NCBI RefSeq assembly: GCF_001194135.2
Contig: NC_068990.1
Span: forward strand, 33,703,342-33,767,341
From: Octopus bimaculoides
Lineage: Eukaryota
Direction of reading: 5' to 3'
DNA: 64,000 nucleotides
The notes beneath the pieces were generated by a model. The model saw only the letters and a list, made by a program, of their open reading frames with translations. It made no database searches and was not told the origin of the DNA. This document shows positions 26,621 through 39,424 of the stretch, piece by piece (positions within the stretch are counted from its first letter, which is position 1; each line of letters begins with the position of its first letter). The translations under genes were made by a program, and so were the position numbers.

Positions 26621-27769
26621 ATTCCTCAACCAATTTCTGAGTGAGACTAGCTACCCTGCTCATTACAAATTTCTAGTCTTTATATTCAGGGTGTGACAAA
26701 AACATGAGAGAATCAGTGAGAGGTAACAGAATGTTGTTTACACTGTAAAGAAGTGTTTTCCAAAGTTGAGTGTTGTCATTTCAAAATGGCAGGGGTTGGG
26801 GCAGAGAAGTAAGTAACAAGTAAATAAAATTTGCAATAAAGTTTTAATTTAATCTCCATTTGGAGAGATATATATATGTGTATGTATATGCTATATACAA
26901 ACTTTGTCAATTTATGGTGGGATGCGATGGGGATGCGCATTTATAAGTTATTCTTGTTTTGCTTTTGAAAACTGAAATGGAGCATGGAGTGAAAAAGTTT
27001 GAGGAAGACTAATGTAAAGCATTTTTATATTGGAATGTATCTGTTTAAGATGAGTTCTTAATGGCTACTCAAGCAGAGTTCACTACAATTACTTAATATC
27101 AACAATAGCAACAGCAACAATGATAAAAAGACATAGTTGGGTTTCTTTCACTACTACTTTTACAATCAAAGAATATTTACGTTTGTAGTAATGTGATTGA
27201 ATAAACTCAGTTCTTTTCTTACTCCCCCACTGAGTTACTAGAAAGTCCATCAATGGTGCATTAATATTGTGAAATAACCATGCTAGTTGGCTGAGAATAT
27301 TTCACTGCTAGCAAGCATGTCACATGACAAAAGAGGTCAGAAAAGATAAGTATACAAGTGCTAAGCCATTTTTACTGTTGCATGAAATCAATATTTTTAA
27401 CTACTAAACCAGTTGAGCAACACTTAGCTAGAAATAAAATCAATACAATACAAGACTGAATCATTTCCTATTCTTAACTGGCTCCCTCGGCCAAAGTATG
27501 TATTAAAGGAACAAATATAAACACTGCTCTCACTGTATCATATCTAACAACTGTAGTATTCCCTTCTTTTGTCCTTGAACACGCTTATAATTAACATGTT
27601 TATTTTAATAAAATTTATATATTTCAGTTTGATAGTAACACCTGCTGTAAAATTCATAACCAGTTATTTTTTACTTAATGATCTTTTTCAGAGAAACTAA
27701 TTATATATTACTGCTATGTCTGAAAAAACAAGGAGATATGCCATAACAATACATATTACAGTATACAGA

Positions 27770-28165
27770 AGGAGACGTACTATAACAATACATAGTACAA
27801 TATATAGAAATAGATATAGTACAAAAGTAACACATTACAGTGTATATAAGGTATATAATACTGAATATATGATGAAACATATTATAACAGCATATAATAC
27901 TGATTGTATAATGCGGCACTTTACAATAGTATATAGTACAGTATGTATACAGAGATATACTACAATATAAAGATAGTACAGTCTGTTTAAGTAGACATAG
28001 TACAATATGTATAAGGAAGCATAATGTAAAAATAGATAGTAATGGTATGTATAGAAAGATACTGTAACAATACATAGTTCAGTGTATAAGTAGTAATACA
28101 TAGTGTAGTATATACAAGGAGAGTGATACTATAATAGTATATACATAGTACTTTATGTATATGTA
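27770..28165. repeat. Degenerate AT-rich minisatellite (tatagtaca / atataga motifs)
   Basis: Repeated tagtacaatat and tatagtaca words; explains the Y/C/I-rich ORFs at 27701-28181. Confidence 0.7.
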
Positions 28166-28761
28166 GACACACTACCAACATGCTTCTTAGTTTTCACATA
28201 AAATCGATGTCTTATTTCAAAACTTTATATTTTGAAATGTGGAATTGTTTTTCTTATCTGAAAGAAGTTGAAAAATAAAGGAAAGATAAGACTCCTCACT
28301 GTTTGAAGTCAAATGATATCTATCAGCAGAAATATCTTGTATTTTACCGAAGAATATATTAAAGAGTTTCTTGTATTACACTAAGATTCAAAGAAATAAT
28401 TCAAGATTGATTTTTCAGAAGTATCTCTAAACATTTCTGCTGTAGGATAAAAGTATATACAAAGGAAAATAAAATGGTTTCTTAAAGGCATATATACCGC
28501 TTGTATTCAGTAATATAAATAGATTTCACTCTCACACAGAAACACTTGTTCACCAATTAACCTTTCAATTTAGCTGCATCTTCTTAATCCGAGTTGTGCT
28601 CACTCACAGCCAGTAGCTAAACAGAGGGCAATACTCAGCTAATTCTACACTCAAAGACACCAATACTAGAAAAAATTCCATGTTGAAAAGTCAATTTAAA
28701 TTCATATGAGATTTATGCGGTATAAATATAGTTGGCTGTTCAGGAAAATGGCAATCAAATA

Positions 28762-29420
28762 TTAGGTGGAGGTGCAAGTATATGCTAAGGAGTTTGCTTC
28801 CCAACCAAATGGTTCTAGATTCAGTCCCATTGCGTAGTACTTTGAGCAAATCTCTTCTACAATAATCTCAGGCCAACCAAAGCCTAGTGGGTGGATTTGG
28901 ACGGCAGAAACTGAAAGAAGCCGAGCTGGCAGAAGCGTTATCACGCCGGGCGAAATGCTTAGCAGTATTTCGTCTGCTGTTACGTTCTGAGTTCAAATTC
29001 TGCCGAGGTCGACTTTGTCTTTCATCCTTTCGGGTCGATTAAATAAGTACCAGAACCGCACTGGGGTCGATATAATCGACTTAATCCGTTTGTCTGTCCT
29101 TGTTTGTCCCCTCTATGTTTAGCCCCTTGTGGGCAATAAAAAAATAAGAAACTGAAAGAAGCCCATCATATATATATGTGTGTACGTATGTGTGTGTGTG
29201 TGTGTGTGAATGTTTGTCCCACCACCAGGGTTGGTTTATTGACATCCTTATAATTTAAAGGTTCAGTAAAAGGTACTGATAGAATAAGTATCAGGCTTAA
29301 AAGAAAAATAAGAGCTGGAGTCAATATTTTTGACTAAAAAATTCAATTCTTCAAGGTCAGTAGTCATATGCTTGTCTCAAAGCTTAATCCATGCAAATGC
29401 AAGGCTGTAGTCTAATGACT
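28762..29420 (+). mobile_element. SINE family A interrupted by family B (28923-29146) and carrying an 18S fragment in its tail
   Basis: 17-bp TSD agaaactgaaagaagcc at 28906-28922 and 29147-29163; tail tcttcaagg...agtctaatgactgaaacaag. Confidence 0.85.
29356..29395 (+). pseudogene. 40-nt fragment of the 18S rRNA 5' end (not a gene)
   Basis: gtcagtagtcatatgcttgtctcaaagcttaatccatgca versus the eukaryotic 18S consensus GCCAGTAGTCATATGCTTGTCTCAAAGATTAAGCCATGCA: 37/40 identical, including a 25-nt exact run. Confidence 0.85.
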
Positions 29421-31009
29421 GAAACAAGGAAAAGATAAAAGATAACAGATATTAAAGTCCTCCTTAAATGAACTGTATATGCTACTTGTTTATGTTACTG
29501 GTGGAAATATACTATTTTGTTGATGAATTTCTGTATTTAGTTATCCAAATATATCAACCAAACACATGGACAAAATGTGAACTATAGCCAACATTTGTGA
29601 AAATAAAAAATCAATATCTACAAGTAATGTAAATAATATTGATTAATATAAGTACTGAGTAAATTCATAAGATATGTAAAAACATGATTGGTCAGATTCA
29701 TAGAAAAAGTAACAGTAAAAATAGTGCATATAATACATATTTTATGCCCATATTAGTCTCAGAGCAGCCTCTTAGAGATTGTTAAACAGATGCTGTGCAT
29801 AATTCTGGGACTTAAAGCCCGAGTTGAAGGAATTAACAATATCTTACAAATTGTTCCAGGGAAATGACTATAAATGATCCTAATTTAACAAACGCTACAT
29901 TATCCACGAAAAGTGCACCAAATGCAAATTTGATCATTATTATTTCCACTGTTTTATCAACCAGGTCTTTTGTTACTTCACAGATATTTGTCTTGTGTAA
30001 TAGAATTACAGATCTGTTAGGGTCTTTTACCATTAATAATGTAGAAGAAACTGTTCTTTGTACAGAAGATATCATGCATGGACTCTACGCTACTTTTATT
30101 ATATTCTTTTTTAATTCTGTGGCCTGTTGATATATGTTGGTTGAGCTCATTTTCATCGCAGTTCACATAAAAGGCAAAAAATAAGACAGTTTAAGTTTTA
30201 TAATTACTTATGGAGTTTGAACGGAAACCTCATGGGATTAATACATAACTTTAATGTTCATGGTTAATAAACATATTTAAAAATTTAAATCTGAATTTCA
30301 ATGCTAGACCTGAGCAAAATTTTGTTCTTCAGAGTTGAAAGAAGGAATAATGGCAGAAGAACTACAGAAATTCCAGATCATCAAGGGTTGCAAAAAATTA
30401 ATAGAAGACTGAGATTAAGGGACAAAGATTTTGGTGCATCTGAAGCCTAATCTCATATGTCATATACAGGAATGTAATGTTACATAAACTGAAATGAAAA
30501 CATTCTCTAAGTCAATAAGTCAACTGGTTTATGTTAATACATAAACATAAATTATACATATTGATATTTAAATTGGATCCTAAACACAAACTGAAATTTC
30601 AATACTTCTGATCAATAATTTAAAAACCGTTTTATAAACTTCAATAGGTTTTGTTGTGTTAAAACTGCAATTGTAGTTTAAACTGCCAGTTTCTATTCAA
30701 ACATTAATTATTACACAGCACACGGAACATTTCACTTGTCACTAAAACAATTTCACATTTTAAACTTTTTGAAATGTGAGCCTCTATATGTAGGCTTGAG
30801 CTACTAGAAATAGCAGCCTCAAATAATCTTCTACTATTTGTATGTAGGAAAAAGACTGGATGATCATGGATAGAAAGTCTTTCATAAGAGTTGACCTGGG
30901 TCTAGACAAAATAAACAGTGTAATGATTTTGAAATATAAGATCACTGGTGGTGGGGAACTTCTGACAAAGTTTTGTATACAAGCATCTATGAAAATTTTA
31001 CGAAGGAAG

Positions 31010-33920
31010 ATGGCGTCATCAAATTGTAAGAAAGGCAAATACAATGACGGTTACAAATTTGAAGCCAGAGTTATAATATTGGTGTTGCTGATGAAGGGAA
31101 GTTTTCCTCGGTAAACTTTTGTCTTATTTGTCATGTATCTCTCAAGCTTTATAAATACTTTGAAACACAATTATGGATAAAAGCATAAAAACTTTCATTC
31201 AGGGAGAGAATCCAAACAATAATGAATCTACTTATTTGTAACACATTCTGGAAGATTCAAATGTGAATATCTGAACACTGATGTTATTCATTAACAGAGA
31301 ACACTTCCTCTCTTTAGATAATGTCTGTTCATAGAATATGTGATTTATCAGGTGTAAGGGGAGTTAGAGACATTGCAGTGTTTTGACCTCATTGTTTGTC
31401 TCTTCAGTTGAAATTAGCTAAGACTGATGAATCTCACAAGAACATAAGCTCTTGTTTGTAGGAATCAACAAACAAATTATTTGTTGTTGAGTGCAAATAT
31501 CTGCCAAACAGATAACAATTCATGGAGTGCATGCAGAACAATGAGAATTCAAACACTTGCATATCTATGCATTCTTAATATGTTCTGGCAGATTCAAACA
31601 TGGATACCTGATCACTATTGTTATTCACTATCAAAGAATGTCTTTTCCTTTAAAAACACACAATTCACCAGTATAATGGGACCTTGAGACACTACATTGT
31701 TTTGACTTCATAGATTGTATCAGTTTGGCAGACATTTGCACACAACAAATAGATTGTTTGCTGAACCCAATAAATGAAAGTTCCTTCTCTAATTAGATTC
31801 ATTGGTCCGATGTAGCTTCAACTGAAGAGATGTACATCAAGGTCAAAACAATGCAGTATCCCAAGGTCCCTTTACACTGATTAATCATGAGTATTATGTA
31901 AACATGCCACTTTAAGGAACAAAATGTTCTATAATAATAAATAACCACAGTGATTAGATATTCACGTTTCAATCTGCTAGAATGTATTTTAAAGATGAAT
32001 AGACATATTGTTGTTTGAATTCTCACTGTTTTGTGTGCTTTCCATGAATTATTATTTGTTTGGCAGACATCTGTATGTGTCAGTAAATTGTTTATTTGTT
32101 GATTCCTATAAACAAGAAGTTGGGCTCTTGTGAGATTCATTGATCTGGGGCTGCTGTGACAGAAGAGATGCACATCAAGATGAAAACATCATGATGTCTT
32201 GAGGTTTTCTTATTACCAGTGAATCAAGTGTTTTATGAACATGTATATCTTTAAGGGAGATGCTTGCTAATTGTGAATAATAAAAGCAATCCAATATTCA
32301 CATTTCAATCTGCCAGGATGTATGAAGAATGATTAGATATGTTAGTTACCATATGATTATCCATTTACATCAGTATTAAGGTAAAACAATTTAAGAGTAT
32401 TAATACTTTCATTAAATAGCATGTAGATACTTTTGATAATATTCAGTAAAGAAGCTGATACAGTGGCTGAAAGTAATTTTGTTAGGTTATGGAATTTGAC
32501 TCATGCTAAACATTTATATTTTGATGGGGGATTGTTAAGAAGAATACAGCTGAAGTTATTGCTCTTACAAAACACAAAGCTTCAATGATTAATGGTATGA
32601 ACACAAGTTTTATGCCACACTATGGAGTAGCGTATTTCCCAGATCAGTTCTGATGTTGCAGGCAAAATGATTTAAAGAATTCTTCTGCATTCAGCTTAGC
32701 TATTGACAAATTTATAGATATACAACCCAACAGATAACTGACAGTATTTCTTTAAATAAATGGTGTGCGATGTTAACATTAAGAATGTGCTTGGCAGAAC
32801 CTTAATAAAAGCTGATGTTGCTCCGAAAAATTTGTGAGAGTTGTAACAGATGGAACACTTGCAATAGTGGAGACAAATATAAGATTAACTTATGGAAAGC
32901 AACCCCAGATTTCCAGGATTTCTTGGATTAATCTGACTGCCAGATGATCACTTGGCAGTCAGATACTTCACAGGGGAAAATGATATGAAATTTATCCTTG
33001 AAACTGTCAATTAATTACACTTGCAAAGGAAGATCTATCAACATTTCAAAACGTTTATTGAAAAACTGGAGCTTGAAGATAAACCTAGTTATGTCCCTTT
33101 ATAACATATTTGGCAGCCAGTAATGACTTGAGTAGATCTGTGGATCTGTTGAAGCCTGCTATTAGCTTTCTTATAAAAGAAAAATATCTAGTTCACAAAA
33201 TGGAAAATGATGAATGGAAGCAAGATATCATGTCTCTTACTGAGATAATGAATCCTAAATAAACCCTCAACTTGGCACTCCATGGGAAGGATAAGATTAT
33301 TTCTGATTTTATTCAGATAATTTTTAAGCTTTCAGTGTAAGAGTTTTCAAAGGAAAATATTGTTAAGAAAGAAAACAATCACTTTCTCCATATCAGTAGG
33401 ACAGTAAATACATCTCTGAGAATTATAAAAAAATAAAATAAAATAAAACCCACAAGCTGGTAGGAAATAAAGATACATTACAATGACAGCATGATAATTT
33501 CCTTGTCAGGTTTGATGACTTGCAGAAGCTTAATCCTTGTCTTAGCTTTTATACAAATCCATTCATGGTTGATGTGATTCATGAGGGTTGTTCAGTTCTT
33601 GCATGTCTTGTTACAGAATCATCTGTTGAGGAATTACAACAGAACTTCGGTCTAAAGACATTCCACAAACCCCTATTTACAATTAAGTTCTAAAACAAAG
33701 GTTCATAGATAAAATATTCCAAATTGAAGAAAACTAGTGCATGAACCATCCCCATTTTCAGAATAACATACTGTAGTAAATCTGAATACTTTGAAAGAAG
33801 TTAATGAAGTCGAAGTATTGGGCAATCGTTACAAATAAACACCGGATGAACAATTTCATACAGCCTTGACAATATACTGGTGGGAGATTTTCAATGACTC
33901 ACAGCCAAGAGAGATACCTA
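31010..33920 (+). pseudogene. Decayed hAT (Charlie/SPIN/Buster, GTF2IRD2-like) transposase, interrupted by an insertion at 31243-32321
   Basis: N-terminus MASSNCKKGKYNDGY...FCLICH...KYFETQ (BED-finger-like); after the insertion FSLAIDKFIDIQ (about 32690), VRVVTDGTLAIVETN (about 32835), MKFILETVN...QHFKTFIEKL, EWKQDIMSLTEIMN...TLNLALHGKDKIISD. Many stops and frameshifts. Confidence 0.8.
31243..32321. repeat. Foldback element: inverted arms each made of about 1.5 tandem units of 320-340 bp
   Basis: gggaccttgagacactacattgttttgac (about 31678) is the reverse complement of gtcaaaacaatgcagtatcccaaggtccc (about 31842); unit restarts at 31369/31688 and 31824/32162; termini acattctggaagattcaaatgtgaata / tattcacatttcaatctgccaggatgt. 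Confidence 0.75.
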
Positions 33921-34325
33921 CAAGATAACTATAGTTTGAGTAATGGCTTTAAATGTCTGATCATTGCAGTATTATCTGTTTGTCATTAAAATATTATGAT
34001 AAAAGTGTAATTTTGTAAGGTAGTACCTGATTTAAATGTTTCTAATTTCATTAGGCTGATAATTATTATGATCATTATTTTTGTTTTGCTTTTACATATT
34101 TCTTTCCATATTTGGATCAGATATTTATTAAATCAAATATCATTAAAAATATCTGTTGTTTTTTTCCTCCACATTCAGTTTTATTTTCAGCAGTCTGATT
34201 TTATGTTACTGAAATCCAAATTTACATATTGTTCATAGCTGTTTCTATAGCTCATTTCCATATCAAATATGCTCAATATAGTTAAAACAATCATCAGTCA
34301 ATAATTTGAAAACATGAGGTATGTA

Positions 34326-34373
<48 letters not shown>

Positions 34374-34811
34374 CGTGCGTGTATGTATGTATATACATAT
34401 TATGATCATAGAAACTAATACAAATTAGCAGTATAAAAAATAATCTATCTTCATGAATAAATATTATTGTAAATATATATTTCATAATATTTCTATTAAA
34501 TATTTGTTGCAAAAATTCATACGTAACAATAAAATTGCATGTGTAAATCTTTCATGTCTTGTTGCTGTGAAAGACCTGAAATTTATTACATCTGGCTTTT
34601 ACATTAAGCAAATTTGGAAACCCTTGCTGCAGCACCATTAATGCAATATACTTATTTTATTTTATTTGAAATAATTCTTATAATATCTGACAAATAAATA
34701 CAGTTTCTGGTTATGTACAAACGTGTGTGTTGGATAATATTTTCAAAACATTAAGAAACTTGAAAATAAGTCTTGTTGATAAAATTATTCAAAAACAAAT
34801 GTAACCACAAG

Positions 34812-34963
34812 CAGGGTCAGTTCAAGGTACCAGCAACTTGGGGAGTTGCTTGGGGCACCATGTGCTAGGGAGTGCCAAGGAGGGCTTGACAACCATCAAC
34901 TTGTACATGCAAAAGTTCAGCTTACCTGGGACATCAGCAACCCTAGGGTGGGCGCTGGCCCTG
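34812..34963. mobile_element. hAT-type MITE
   Basis: GC-rich 152-bp insert with imperfect TIRs cagggtcag... / ...gctggccctg and degenerate 8-bp TSD accacaag / gccacagg. Confidence 0.6.
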
Positions 34964-35329
34964 GCCACAGGTAACAGATAATAACATACTTAGTGGGGAA
35001 AATCATCTTAGTTAAAAGATGGACATATGTCCCCTGTGGAAAATGAAGCATGCATCTACCATGGACAGGACAACAATGATACTATAACAGCAGTGAGAAA
35101 GAATAATAGGCATATTTACCCCTGACAGTATTTGAACTCAGCTACAAGAGCCCATGTATTCTTTCTGATGCTCTAATGTGTGTGTGTACATACATAGACA
35201 CACACACACGTGGTTAGGGTGTTGCAAGATTGTGGTTCCAATTCCCGGTTGGGCAGTGTTTTGTGTTCTTGAGCCAAACAGTTTCACATCACTCCAGTCC
35301 ACTCAGTCATAAATGAGTAGCCCTTTGAC

Positions 35330-35620
35330 AGATTGGTGTCACATTCAGGTGAAATACTGGGATCTTGGTCACTTCAAAGCAATAGAAACAAAGTAACAAG
35401 CCCTATGAGTCCTAGTACTCAGCGCCTGTGCTGGTGCCATGTAAGAAAGCACCTGGCAGACTCTGTAAAGTGGTTGGCACTAGGAAGGCCATCCAGCTAC
35501 AGAAACCAAGCTAAAATAAATAAATAGAACCCGGGCAGCTCCCCAGCTTACCTGTTCCTGTCAAACCATCTGACCCGTGCCAGTATGGAAAGTGGACGTT
35601 AAATGATGATGATGATGATT
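35330..35620 (+). mobile_element. SINE family C (RTE-like tail)
   Basis: ctggtgccatgtaagaaagcacc...ggaaggccatccagc...ccagtatggaaagtggacgttaaatgatgatgat. Confidence 0.75.
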
Positions 35621-36039
35621 ATGCACATACACACACACACGTATGTATATAAGTATACAACAAACCATTTACAAACTGTGAGACTTATTTTGTAGACTAT
35701 AATTTATTGAATATTTCATATAAACTGGCTTGTTCAACTGGTCTGGTAGAATAAGCTGATACAGCAAACATTAAAATCCTAATCAACTGGAAAAATGTGC
35801 AAACACAGAGCTTAGGGATTGTTTGGCAAGAGTCATCAGAAATAAGTTCACAAGCTCTCTTCCATACTTACTGGAGTCTTGCATAAGTAGCTGATCCCCC
35901 ATAACCCTTTTAGTACCAACCCACCTGAGACTGCTTCTGGTTCTATGATACAAACTTATTGTTTTAAAGTAATCTTAATTAAAACATTCAAAGAAAATTC
36001 CATGTTAGTTTATGTTTCAAATGCCAGTTTAATAATCTT

Positions 36040-36672
36040 TTCTACTATGGGTACAAGGCCTGAAATCTGGCGGGAGGGATTAAGTCGATTACATCCACAC
36101 CAGCACTCTACTGGTACTTAATTTAGCAACCCTGCAAGGATGAAAGGCAAAGTCCACCTCGGCAGAATTTGAACTCAGAATGTAAAGATTGGGCAAAACA
36201 ACACTAAGAATTTCATCCAGTGTGCTAATGATTCTTATTTCTTTATTTCCCATAAGGGGCTAAACACAAAGGGGACAAACAAGGACGGACAAAGGGATTA
36301 AGTCGATTACATCTACCCCAGTGCATGACTGGTACTTNNNNNNNNNNCAAAGTCCACCTCGGCAGAATTTGAACTCAGAATGTAAAGATTGGGCAAAACA
36401 ACACTAAGAATTTCATCCAGTGTGCTAATGATTCTTATTTCTTTATTTCCCATAAGGGGCTAAACACAAAGGGGACAAACAAGGACGGACAAAGGGATTA
36501 AGTCGATTACATCTACCCCAGTGCATGACTGGTACTTTATTTATCGACCCCAAAAGGATGAAAGGCAAAGTTGACCTCGGTAGAATTTGAACTCAGAATG
36601 AAATGGCAGATGAAATACCGCTAAGCATTTTGCCCCGTGTGCTAACGTTTCTGCCAGCTCACCACCTTACAA
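36040..36672 (-). mobile_element. Cluster of nested or duplicated family B SINEs around a 10-N gap
   Basis: Three overlapping copies; 36160-36337 recurs at 36348-36525. Confidence 0.8.
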
Positions 36673-37209
36673 ATGCCAACATATAGTGAGAGACACAGAG
36701 AAGAGAGACAACTCATCACAAGGCTTTGTTCAGGCAAAGTGTCTTAACTGCCATATAATCAACTGAGAATGCTAATAATACAATTACCACCATCACCACC
36801 ACCACCACCAGCAACGCCACCATCGCCGCCGCTGCTGCTGCTGCTACTACAACAACAACAAAAAACAACAGTTGATGTAATTTGAAGTAAGAAAACGGCA
36901 AAGATTTTAGTGTACAATAACAAATTTGGATTGAATCACGCATCTTCACCAAATATGGTTGGAGATTAAGTGGAGGTAATTCATTGCATACACACATACA
37001 TACAGATGTAAGTGTATACATGCATACACATTCATGCATATACACATATATACACTCATACATCTCCACAAGCAAATATGACGCACATACATACACACAT
37101 AGATAAGTATATCAATTAATTATGCAAATGTGGTTACCAAAGAAAATAGCAATTCTTCAATAAATACATATCTATCTATCTATCTAACTATACATATGTC
37201 TATCTATCT

Positions 37210-37243
<34 letters not shown>

Positions 37244-38934
37244 TGTACAGGCATGTATGAATATATATAAACATATGTATACACTCATACATATCATATA
37301 TAAGCATACAGACATACACAAACCACCGTATATAAGTTTTTGTTTTAGTTTCTTCCATGTCATTTTTTAAAAAGTACCTTTTGACAAAATCTTATTTCTC
37401 TTAGAAGACAATCTTTTCAGCTAAAACTACTGGCTAGACTTCACCCCAACCCTACCTCTCGCACACACTCTTTCTCTGATTCTATTAGTTTCTCTCTCTG
37501 TGTCTGTCTGTCTGTCTGTCTCTCTCCTGCTGTCTCTTTATCTCCCTCTTTCACACTTGCTAACTCTGTCTTACCTGCCACCATGCATATCCCCTCCCTT
37601 CCTCTATCTGTCTGTTTGTCTGTCTTTTTCTCTTTGTCTCTCTCTCTCTTTCTTTCGCCCACTTACATACACTCTAGCTCTCCCCCACTCTTTCTCTCTA
37701 TCTCGCTCTCTCTCACCTCATTCATTTTTAGAAAAATAACAACAAAAAAAAAATTCTTTCCTTAATTGATGTTGTCTTTGCCATAAAACAAAGAAGACAC
37801 AATGAGTGAGCTGGCGTATTGAATATAATACTATATACTCAAGTAAATAGACAGATCCTCTGAGACAGAATGTGATAGCTGAAAATGTCTATACACACAC
37901 ACTCACACACATGCACCCATGCATGCATGCACGCATGCGCGTGTACAACATACACACACTTGCTGAGGCAATTACGTATACATCTGCATGCATGCAAACA
38001 CACAGGCATGGATACTTATGCATGGATGCACAGATATACGCATACAAACCTCTGTTTTACTTAGCTTTCATCAGCTTTCGCATTTCTTTAACAGACACAG
38101 TATAGATTTGTGTGGTGGTGTAAAAATCAATAGCGACTGTCGAGTGTCCTATAAAGAAAGATGATTTCGATGTTTGTAGGTAGGGAGAGGTGGGTTGGTG
38201 GGCCGGCTGGTAGAGAGAGAGAGGGAAGAGGCAGAGGAGGAGGAGGAGGAGGAGGAGAGAAAGAAATGAGTGGGGGGAGAGACAGAGAAAAAAGAGAGAA
38301 CAAGTGCATGTATATGTGCATGCACACACATGTGCTTCTATGTGTGTGTGTGTATGAATGAGAGGGTGGAATAAGGAAAACTGAAGTAACATTGAATAAC
38401 ATTAACAAACAAGCATCTACACAAACTGTTGAAAGATTTGCTTTTGAAGCTCTAATGGACTGTATTTAGTCTTGATGGTTCCTGCATGAATTACAATTGA
38501 TTTTTTTTTTTTTTTTTTTTCTTTGCTTTTCCATAATTTCAAGCCTCTGTCTTCTACCAAACAAATCATAGCATAGTACTACTATCATGATAGTTAGTCT
38601 AAGATTTCACTCTTTCTGATAACAAAACAAATATTAGGCAACCAGGAAAAAAGTGATTCAGTATATTTGGTTTTTTCGAAAAGAAATTTCAATCAGCCAA
38701 ATTAGTAAGTGATGGCTAAAAATTAACCTGAATCAGGGAAATATTGTAGAAATATAGTGATTTTAAAAAAATGAAAGAATTACTTTGAATTAAAGCTTGC
38801 TAAAGATATTAAAATAATTTTTGTTTGCAACAGTGCTTTAGTAAATTCATAGAATATATATATCATCTAAAGATTACCAAGAGAATAGTATGTTTAAATT
38901 TTCTATGAAAGAATCTTTAAGATTTTATCTTTTG

Positions 38935-39110
38935 CTTGTTTCTGTCATTGAACTGTGACCATGCTGGAGTATCATCTTGAAGATGTTTGGTCAAATATAT
39001 TGGTCTCAGTATCTATTTTTTAAGCCCAGTTGTGTCTGCTTGGCTGAACTGTTAATTACAGGGATGTAAACAAACCAACATTATTTGACTAGTGTGATGA
39101 AGGACAAACA
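38935..39110 (-). mobile_element. SINE family A, 3' half, diverged
   Basis: ttgtttctgtcattgaactgtgaccatgctggag...acagggatgtaaacaaacc. Confidence 0.65.
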
Positions 39111-39239
39111 CAACACAGGCACACACATATGCATTCATATATACACATACATACACACATATATATAGATGTGTGTGTGTGTATATATATATATATACAT
39201 ACATACATATATGCAGATACATATGTATGTGTGTGTGTG

Positions 39240-39280
<41 letters not shown>

Positions 39281-39416
39281 NNNNNNNNNNGATTCAGTAG
39301 GCTTTTGGCTACCAACTAAACTATATTTTCATTCACATATTTGCATTACAAAAATTTTAAATCGTCATCTTTCTTTTAATCACCTATTGTAAATGACATT
39401 TACATCACCACCACAA

Positions 39417-39424
39417 TGACGTCA
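39417..39424. promoter_or_regulatory. Perfect CRE palindrome TGACGTCA in a CpG-retaining segment
   Basis: Sequence match only; an 8-mer can occur by chance. Confidence 0.2.

Noticed and set aside
29356-29395. rRNA gene
   Set aside because: Only 40 nt match; both flanks are SINE sequence.
30848-31114. Apparent exon EKDWMIMDRK...GSFPR with AG/GT ends
   Set aside because: Its 3' part is better explained as the hAT transposase start (MASS...KYND.Y); no host-protein similarity recognised.
36160-36525. Exact tandem duplications across 10-N gaps (also 6640-6762, 42990-43075, 63800-63925)
   Set aside because: Identical sequence on both sides of a placeholder gap is most likely unmerged contig overlap.
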